Source: Kiritimatiellia bacterium
GTDB taxonomy: Bacteria > Verrucomicrobiota > Kiritimatiellia > CAIKKV01
Assembly (NCBI GenBank): GCA_964201555.1
Contig: CAXNFL010000001.1
Coordinates: 1 to 41,767, forward strand
Reading direction: 5' to 3'
Length of the DNA: 41,767 bases
In this document: positions 32,545-39,114 of the stretch, in pieces
Numbering within the stretch: the first letter of the stretch is position 1
How the letters are laid out: each line of letters starts with the position of its first letter
Program-made: the position numbers and the translations under genes
The notes under the pieces: model-generated
Database searches by the model: none
Told to the model about the DNA's origin: nothing
Seen by the model: the letters and a program-made list of their open reading frames with translations, nothing else

Positions 32545-33285
32545 TTAAGCTCCGATCCGGATCATTTTGGAAATGGCCGGCGATCCGGCCCGGGCCGTCA
32601 GGCCCGCCCGCCTCGCCATCGCCTCCAGTTTTTTCGAAAGGCCCGGCCGCCCGAGCGCCCGGTGCAGGACCAGCGGCCAGAAAAACTGGCGGATCACCGC
32701 GGCCTCGCGGAAACCCTCACGCTCAAAGGCCTCCGTGACCTGCCGATGCGTGAACGGAGTCCACCGGCGGGTGTTGCCCTCCATCTTCTTCTTCACCCCG
32801 AAAAACAGGCCGCCCAGCCGGTGCAGCCCCTCGTGCAGCGGATATTCAATGATGACCTCCTCGCGCGCCACCCGGCACAGCTCCGCGATCAGCTCGGGCC
32901 ACCGGACGCAGTGCGTCAGCAGGCGGATGCAGAGGACGGCGTCGAACGCGCGGTCGGGAAAGGGAAGGTCCGTCACCTCGCCGGTGACGAAGCGGCACGT
33001 GCCCGCGGCCAGGAGATCCTCGATCCGCCGGCGGCAGGCCGGATCGGTGCCCAGCACCGTGAAAGGCCGGCCCTCCTCCGACAGGGGCCGCGCCAGCTGG
33101 CCGTGCCCGCCGCCCACGTCCAGGATCGTGCGGCGCCGGTCGGGCCCGAGCAGGGTTCGCACGGCCGCGGCCTGCACGTCCAGGAGCCAGGCGCCGGTGG
33201 GGCCGGCGAAGCGGGCGGCATAGCCGTCCGAAGCCGTCTCCACATCCGCGGTTTCACGAATGGACTCTGGCGTATCCGGTTGCAT
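32545..33285 (-). CDS. Class I SAM-dependent methyltransferase
   Basis: Contains ILDVGGGHGQLA (motif I) and AFDAVLCIRLL. The stop lies 1 nt before the asnB ATG. Confidence 0.8.
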   Translation of the reverse strand: MQPDTPESIRETADVETASDGYAARFAGPTGAWLLDVQAAAVRTLLGPDRRRTILDVGGGHGQLARPLSEEGRPFTVLGTDPACRRRIEDLLAAGTCRFVTGEVTDLPFPDRAFDAVLCIRLLTHCVRWPELIAELCRVAREEVIIEYPLHEGLHRLGGLFFGVKKKMEGNTRRWTPFTHRQVTEAFEREGFREAAVIRQFFWPLVLHRALGRPGLSKKLEAMARRAGLTARAGSPAISKMIRIGA

Positions 33286-33354
33286 AAGTACTCCTCAGAC
33301 TTACCAGAATCCGAAGAGGGTCACAATAGTATTCACCCAGAGACCGTCCGTCCG

Positions 33355-33912
33355 CTACGCCTCTTTTCTGACTCCATTTCGCGGAACATTGACAAAAAGA
33401 AGCTCGGCGGTCGATAACGTCCGCCCGCGCCTCTGGCTGCGGATCACCCCCAGCAGCTCCTTCAACAGGATGCCATCGGGACTGTCGGGCGTTTCATTCA
33501 TCAGCAGGTCCTGCAGCGCCACCTCCAGCACTTCCACCGCCGTCCCCGGCGGAAGCACCAGCAGGAAGCGAAAGGGAACCAATTCGACAAGCCGGAGCCA
33601 CGAAATACGGCGCAGGCTGGCGCAAGGCCCCACGACGATCAGGGCCTTGCCGGGCGTCAACTCAATCAATTCAACCGGCTTTACCGGCCGCCCGCCCTGC
33701 CGCTCCGCCGCCTCGACGCATTTGACGATGGCGCGGGAACGGTCCGGATCCACCGCCGCGAGCCCTTTCAAAATCCGCTCCGGCAGGGTCACGGTAATGG
33801 GCCGCCTCGGCTCGGCATACTTGGGCGGCCGTCCCCCCGGATGCTTGGGCAAACCCGGCTGGCGCTCTTTTTTGGTTGCGCCGTTTAATGATTTAGCGTA
33901 AGATCTATGCAT
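33355..33912 (-). CDS. Hypothetical protein; basic N-terminal arm plus possible ribbon-helix-helix, unknown ~100-aa C-terminal domain
   Basis: 185 aa. Contains GGRPPKYAEPRRPITVTLPERILKGLAAVDPDRSRAIVKCVEAA (a strand-helix-helix pattern). I recognise no family. It is the first gene of the methyltransferase/asnB string. Confidence 0.45.
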   Translation of the reverse strand: MHRSYAKSLNGATKKERQPGLPKHPGGRPPKYAEPRRPITVTLPERILKGLAAVDPDRSRAIVKCVEAAERQGGRPVKPVELIELTPGKALIVVGPCASLRRISWLRLVELVPFRFLLVLPPGTAVEVLEVALQDLLMNETPDSPDGILLKELLGVIRSQRRGRTLSTAELLFVNVPRNGVRKEA

Positions 33913-33978
33913 AATTATGACTTTTAACGTAAAAACTACTTAGTGGCAAGCCCTGAATTCCGGAAAGTGAGCGTCGTT

Positions 33979-36561
33979 ATGTCCCTTCGCCGAACCTTCA
34001 TTCTCCTGGCCGCCCTCGCCGGCGCCGCCTCCACCCAGGGGGCGGAACCCCTTCTCGGCACCCCCACCGTGCCGGAGTTCGTCTCCTCGCAGCCCTTCTA
34101 CCACCCCTCCGTGGCCGCCGATTCCAAGGGGCAGCCGCACTTCGTCTGCGATCCGGGCGGAAACACGCAGTTCGCGAAGTTCCATCGCGTGAACGGCGCC
34201 TGGAAGGGCGGCGTCTTCGCCGTGGGCGCGCACGGGGGCCGCTACGACGCCTCCCGCCTGTACATCGGCCAGATCGAAATCGACGGCAAGGACCGCGCCT
34301 GGGTTTCCTGCAAGTTCGGCTGCAAGGACTTCGGCTCGATGCTCGGCTACGGCGTCTGGCTGTTCGGCAACGTCGCCAACGATTCGACCCCGTCCGAGCT
34401 CTTCTTCAAGTTCCTGAACGCCAAGGGCCACGGCTGCATCTCCACGGACGCCAAATACCCCGACATGGGCGTGGGCATGGCCACCGGCGGCCTCTATGAC
34501 AAGCTGAATGCGGCCGGAAACGAGATCGGCTCGGGCACCATCAACGCCGGGCCCGGCGGCGAAAAGATGCGCTTCCGCATCGCCTCCTACGCGCCCCGCT
34601 ACCCCGAGGGGTCCACCGCCTCCTACCCCGACGGCATCTGGCACACCGCCATGAACGGCTACTCCGGGTTTGCCTCGGCCTACCAGAACTCGGCCCGCTA
34701 TAAGGCCGGAGCCGGACCGATCAACTGGGCCTCCTACAGCGTCTATCCGCAACAGGGCAGCGATTACAGCCACACCGGCGTGGGCGTCGACCTGAGCGAT
34801 CCGCGCGTCGGCTACATGGGCTGCGTGTTCAACGGCAAGGTGGCCATCAATATCTGGGACGGCTCCAAGCTGGTCTTCTCGCCAAGCAGCCTGAAGATCC
34901 TGGATTATGCCGCCACCTACGAGCCCCGCCACACGATCCAGTTCGCCCCCGCCCCCGCGCACATCGGCGGGACCTTCGTGGTCTGGAACTCCGGCGGCCG
35001 CATCAAGCTCTGCTACCTGTCCAAGGCCGGCGTCGCCGGAACCGTCCGCGACATCACCCCCGGCGATTCCCCGGCCGCCTGCTCGGACCGCTACGGCACG
35101 ATCCACATCGTCTACAACCACTCCGGCATCCACTACCTGAAGATTCCCGTGATGTCGGTGGCGCCCCTCGCCCCGGCGGGCCGCCTCGCGACCCGCAGCC
35201 CGCTCTTCCGCTGGGCGGGCGCGCCCGGCGCCACGTCCTACACGATCCAGCTCACCCAGGATGGCGTCACGCTGCCGGCCTTCGCCGTCACCCCCGGCGC
35301 CTCCAACACCTGGCAGCTTTCCTCCAATTATCCCGTCGGCTCCTATAGCTGGCGCCTCAAGCAGGGCGGGGTCGACAGCACCAAGCCCTGGTCCCCCCGG
35401 CTGGCCTTCGTCATCCCGCCCGAGGCGCCGGCGCCCCTGTCGCCCGACGGACGCTCCGATAGCTTCCCCTCCATCCCCTCCTTCACGTGGCAGGACAACG
35501 ATCCGGCCGTCAACCGGTTCGTCCTCCAGCTATTCGAGGGCGCCGATCTGCTGGGCGAGATGGATGTGTATTCGGACGGAACCAAGACCGATTTCTCGGA
35601 AGACTGGACCAACAACCTGCAGGCCGGCAGCTACACCTGGCGCATCAAGGCCTTCCGCGACCGGCCCGACTTCCCCGTGGCCAGCGCCTGGTCCGAGCCT
35701 CGCGCCTTCCAGCTCGGCGTTCCCGAAATTCCCGTCGTCACCACTCCGGCCGATAAAACGGCCTTCGGCCCGGCGACGACAAACATCCCGGTCGCCTGGA
35801 TGGCCGCGAACGGCGCCGACTCCTATGTCATGAAGGTGCTGATGAATGGAAAGGCGTTCGCCACGCATGGCGGGATCCTGATCACGGACGGCGCGCTGGC
35901 CGACACCTTCTCCCCGGGCTACTACTCCGTGATGGTTCGCGGCGTCAGCGCCGGAGCCGGCCCGGGCCCGTGGAGCGACCTGGTCACCTTCATCATCACG
36001 CGCAACATGACCCCCGAGGGCGCCGTCCTGAACCAGACGCCCGCCCTCTTCAAGTGGACCCGCTCCGAGCCGGCCACCCGCTACCTGCTCACGCTGTCGC
36101 AGTATGACGCCGGCTCCGGCAAGTACATCGTCAAACGCGAGGCCTGGGTTGCGCAGCCGGCCTCGGGCCAGCCCCGCTGGACCCCGCCCTACGTCATTCC
36201 GAACGGCCGGTTCCGCTGGGCGATCACGGACTATAACGGCGACACGCGCGGCTATACGCAGTCGGCGCTCTTCCAGATCAAGAACTCCGGCCATGATTCC
36301 TGGAATGATCCCGCCCTCGTCGCGGGCACCTGGCGCGTGCTCACGGACTGGCGCTGGCGCGAAATGACGTTCCAGAAGGACGGCGTCCTGCGCACCGTTC
36401 AAGGGGATGGCTCCGCCTTCACCCGCGCGCGGTGGTCGGCCACCGGCGAAATCCTGACCATGGTCTCGGACGTCACGGAGCGCTGCCCCTACACGGTCAC
36501 CGCCACCTCCCTCACCTTCACCCTGCCCAGCGGCAACGTGAAGGTCCTGGTCCGCAAGTAA
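33979..36561 (+). CDS. Secreted multidomain protein of unknown function (paralogue A)
   Basis: 860 aa with signal peptide MSLRRTFILLAALAGAASTQG. The architecture is a ~370-aa N-domain, four ~90-aa beta-sandwich-like modules (about nt 35160..36285), and a ~90-aa lipocalin-like C-terminal domain. The N-domain contains SKGQPHFVCDPGGNTQF, YDASRLYIGQIEIDGKDRAW, GIWHTAMNGY and INIWDG. The modules each have the pattern F-x-W ... Y ... G-x-Y-x-W-R-x-K ... W-S. The C-terminal domain contains GTWRVLTDWRWREMTFQKDG. Confidence 0.8.
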   Translation: MSLRRTFILLAALAGAASTQGAEPLLGTPTVPEFVSSQPFYHPSVAADSKGQPHFVCDPGGNTQFAKFHRVNGAWKGGVFAVGAHGGRYDASRLYIGQIEIDGKDRAWVSCKFGCKDFGSMLGYGVWLFGNVANDSTPSELFFKFLNAKGHGCISTDAKYPDMGVGMATGGLYDKLNAAGNEIGSGTINAGPGGEKMRFRIASYAPRYPEGSTASYPDGIWHTAMNGYSGFASAYQNSARYKAGAGPINWASYSVYPQQGSDYSHTGVGVDLSDPRVGYMGCVFNGKVAINIWDGSKLVFSPSSLKILDYAATYEPRHTIQFAPAPAHIGGTFVVWNSGGRIKLCYLSKAGVAGTVRDITPGDSPAACSDRYGTIHIVYNHSGIHYLKIPVMSVAPLAPAGRLATRSPLFRWAGAPGATSYTIQLTQDGVTLPAFAVTPGASNTWQLSSNYPVGSYSWRLKQGGVDSTKPWSPRLAFVIPPEAPAPLSPDGRSDSFPSIPSFTWQDNDPAVNRFVLQLFEGADLLGEMDVYSDGTKTDFSEDWTNNLQAGSYTWRIKAFRDRPDFPVASAWSEPRAFQLGVPEIPVVTTPADKTAFGPATTNIPVAWMAANGADSYVMKVLMNGKAFATHGGILITDGALADTFSPGYYSVMVRGVSAGAGPGPWSDLVTFIITRNMTPEGAVLNQTPALFKWTRSEPATRYLLTLSQYDAGSGKYIVKREAWVAQPASGQPRWTPPYVIPNGRFRWAITDYNGDTRGYTQSALFQIKNSGHDSWNDPALVAGTWRVLTDWRWREMTFQKDGVLRTVQGDGSAFTRARWSATGEILTMVSDVTERCPYTVTATSLTFTLPSGNVKVLVRK

Positions 36562-36568
36562 GTCGCAA

Positions 36569-36588
36569 GGCCGGCCTCCGCGCCGGCC
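36569..36588 (+). repeat. Hairpin GGCCGGC-CTCCGC-GCCGGCC, copy 1 (identical 20-mer repeated at 36653..36672)
   Basis: Exact 20-nt direct repeat with 84-nt periodicity. A third hairpin, GGCGCAC-GCGGAG-GTGCGCC (36602..36621), lies between the two copies. Confidence 0.6.
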
Positions 36589-36652
36589 CCCTTCCTCATT
36601 CGGCGCACGCGGAGGTGCGCCCTCCATTCAACGCCTTGCCGGCTCACCGGAG

Positions 36653-36681
36653 GGCCGGCCTCCGCGCCGGCCTTCTTTTTT
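36653..36681 (+). terminator. Rho-independent terminator (hairpin copy 2 plus T-tract)
   Basis: GGCCGGC-CTCCGC-GCCGGCC followed by TTCTTTTTT. Confidence 0.65.
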
Positions 36682-36718
36682 GACACTGTTTGACGATCTG
36701 CCTTTTATTTGTTATCCT
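36680..36718 (+). promoter_or_regulatory. Candidate promoters for paralogue B (TTGACA-17-TTTTAT and TTGACG-17-TATCCT)
   Basis: Two overlapping -35/-10 pairs lie 37-50 nt upstream of ATG 36755. GGAGGG sits 7 nt upstream of the ATG. Confidence 0.4.
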
Positions 36719-36754
36719 ATATGCATCACGCAGGAAACAAATGGAGGGCTGACC

Positions 36755-39028
36755 ATGAACTATCGCCTTTTCTTTCTCTCTCTTCTAACCGCCGCCGGCG
36801 TCGCGCTGGCCGCAGATATCCCGGCTCCTGTCATCGGCGCCATCGGAGATGAAGAGGTTGTCGACAACCTCTACATGGAGCATCCCTCCGTGGCCACCGA
36901 CTCCAAGGGCCAGCCCCACATGGTCTGCGACAACGGCGGGAACACGCAGTTCATGAAATACCACCGGGTAAACGGCCAGTGGAACGGCGGGGTCTTTGCC
37001 GTCGGCGCCCGCGGCGGCCGCTACGACGCCTCGCGCCTCTACATCGGGCAGATCGAGATCGATTCCCGCGACCGCGCCTGGATTTCCTGCAAGTTCGGCG
37101 TCAAGGAATACGGCGCCATGTACGGCCAGGGCATCTGGCTCTTCAAAAATGTCTCCACCACCGCCTCGCCGCCCGAGCAGTTCTTCCGCTTCGTCTGCGT
37201 CTACAAAGGCATGGGCGTGGTGACCACCGACGCGAAATATCCCGACCAGGGCGTCGTCATCGGCACCTTCGGCAACTACGCCATCCTCTACTCCTCCGGC
37301 CAAACCCTGTCCACGGGCTCCCTGAACGGCGGCCCCGGCGGGGAAAAGGTGCGCGCCCGCATCGCCTCCTACGCCCCCCGCTTCGGCGCCGCCCCCGGCG
37401 GGAATTACCCGGACGGCATCTGGCACACCGCCATGAACGGCTACAGCGCCGCCTCCTCGCGCTACCAGAACTCGGCCCGCTACAAGAGCGGCCTCGGGCC
37501 GGTGGAGTGGGCCGCCTACGGCGCCTACCCGCAGCAGGGCTCCGACTTCTCCCACCCCGGCATCGGCATCGACCTCGTCAACCCGCAGATCTGCTACATC
37601 GCCAGCGTCTTCAACAACCGCCTCTGCATCAACATCTGGGACGGCACCCGCCTGCTCTATTCGTCATCCGCCCTGAAAGTGCTCGATTACAACGCGACCT
37701 ATGAAGGGCGGCACGGGATCGCCTTTGCCCCCGCCCCGTCCGGCGGCACCTTCGTGTTCTGGACCTCGGGCGGACGCATCAAGTCGACCTTCCTGTCGCC
37801 CGCCGGCACGGCCTCCGAAACGATCGATATCACCGCCGGCCGCTCGCCCGCCGCCACCACCGACCGCTTCGGCAACCTGCACCTGGCCTATTCCTCCGGC
37901 GGCGCCCGCTACCGCAAGATCATCCTCTCCTCCCTCGACCCCCTCGCCCCGGCGGGCCGCCTCGTCGACACCCGCGCGCCCGCGTTCTCCTGGAGCGACA
38001 CCCTGGCTCCCTCCTACACCCTCGCGCTGAGCCGCGACGGCGCGCTTCTCGAAAGCGCCACCGTGACGACCAACTCCTGGACGCCCGCCTCCAACCTCGA
38101 GGTCGGCGTCTACTCCTGGATCGTCAAGGAAGGCGAAGCCGACAGCGACAAGCCCTGGTCGCGCCCCCTGGCGTTCACCATTCCCCCCCTCATGCCCGTG
38201 CCCGCGGCCCCCGCCAGCCGCCTGCTTGCCTCCGAGGTGGCGGCCGCCGCCTTCTCCTGGAGCAACGCCGACGACCGCGTCACCGGCTTCAAGGTGGAAC
38301 TCTTCAAGAATACCGACTCGCTGGGCGTCCGCATCGCCTCCGCCCCGGCGCTGGCCTGGCCCGAGCCGCTGGCCCCGGGCGCCTATTCCTGGCGCGTGAA
38401 AGCCCTTCGCGTGCTGGCGGGCTACCCCGTCTCGAGCGAGTGGAGCCCCGCCCTGCGCTTCCAGGTGGAGGTGCCCGGCGCCTGCGCCATCCTCACCCCG
38501 GCCGCCCTTGAAACGTTCCCCCCGGGCGCCCTCACGCTGAGCGCCTCCTGGACCCCTGCGGAGGGAGCGGCCTCCTACCGGCTGACCCTTCTTTACAATG
38601 GGTCGCCGCTAAGCTCCGTGTTCGTCAAGGAGACGACGCACGACTTTGCCCTCACGGCCCAGCCGGGCTACCTGACGTTATTGGTGCAGCCCAAGAACGC
38701 CGCCGGAAAAGGAGAGACGAGCCCGGCCCGCACCTTTATCGTCAACCGCGCCATGACCCCGTCGAATGGCGCGGTGCTCGCCACCGCCCCGGCGGGATTC
38801 CGCTGGACCCGCTCCACGGCGGCCACCCAATACCTGTTCAAGCTCGCGCGGTACGACGAGACCGCCAAGCGATTCGTCGTCGTGCTGCAAAACTGGGCGG
38901 CACAGGCCAAGCATGCGCCCGCCTATTCGTTCGGCCCCGGCGCCTACCGCTGGACCCTCACCGATTACGCGGGCACGGCCCCGGGCTTCACCTCCTCCGC
39001 CTATTTCGTCGTGCTGGACCCGGAATAA
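36755..39028 (+). CDS. Secreted multidomain protein of unknown function (paralogue B)
   Basis: 757 aa with signal peptide MNYRLFFLSLLTAAGVALA. The N-domain is collinear with paralogue A (SKGQPHMVCDNGGNTQF, YDASRLYIGQIEIDSRDRAW, GIWHTAMNGY, INIWDG). Four beta-sandwich-like modules follow (about nt 37930..39025), and there is no lipocalin-like tail. Confidence 0.8.
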   Translation: MNYRLFFLSLLTAAGVALAADIPAPVIGAIGDEEVVDNLYMEHPSVATDSKGQPHMVCDNGGNTQFMKYHRVNGQWNGGVFAVGARGGRYDASRLYIGQIEIDSRDRAWISCKFGVKEYGAMYGQGIWLFKNVSTTASPPEQFFRFVCVYKGMGVVTTDAKYPDQGVVIGTFGNYAILYSSGQTLSTGSLNGGPGGEKVRARIASYAPRFGAAPGGNYPDGIWHTAMNGYSAASSRYQNSARYKSGLGPVEWAAYGAYPQQGSDFSHPGIGIDLVNPQICYIASVFNNRLCINIWDGTRLLYSSSALKVLDYNATYEGRHGIAFAPAPSGGTFVFWTSGGRIKSTFLSPAGTASETIDITAGRSPAATTDRFGNLHLAYSSGGARYRKIILSSLDPLAPAGRLVDTRAPAFSWSDTLAPSYTLALSRDGALLESATVTTNSWTPASNLEVGVYSWIVKEGEADSDKPWSRPLAFTIPPLMPVPAAPASRLLASEVAAAAFSWSNADDRVTGFKVELFKNTDSLGVRIASAPALAWPEPLAPGAYSWRVKALRVLAGYPVSSEWSPALRFQVEVPGACAILTPAALETFPPGALTLSASWTPAEGAASYRLTLLYNGSPLSSVFVKETTHDFALTAQPGYLTLLVQPKNAAGKGETSPARTFIVNRAMTPSNGAVLATAPAGFRWTRSTAATQYLFKLARYDETAKRFVVVLQNWAAQAKHAPAYSFGPGAYRWTLTDYAGTAPGFTSSAYFVVLDPE

Positions 39029-39114
39029 GCGGCTCACGTCGGGTATTACCCCATGGGGATTGCCCGCCGTTTACCCCAGAATACCCCCCGGACACACGGA
39101 CCGAAGGGGGTCAC

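Noticed and set aside
30552-32738. 728-aa plus-strand ORF
   Set aside because: It lies antisense to asnB, which has an unmistakable MCGICG start and an SGGLDSS PP-loop. The product is His/Arg/Pro/Gln-rich with no motifs.
34570-34600. RFRIAS / RARIAS in the paralogue N-domains as a sialidase FRIP motif
   Set aside because: It lies about 200 aa into the domain rather than at its start. I see no Asp-box (SxDxGxTW) repeats, so a sialidase/BNR call is not supported.
33940-37555. Minus-strand ORFs 33940..35133, 35530..36627 and 36785..37555
   Set aside because: They are antisense shadows of the two secreted paralogue genes. They are Gly/Ala/Asp/Arg-rich and have no start context.
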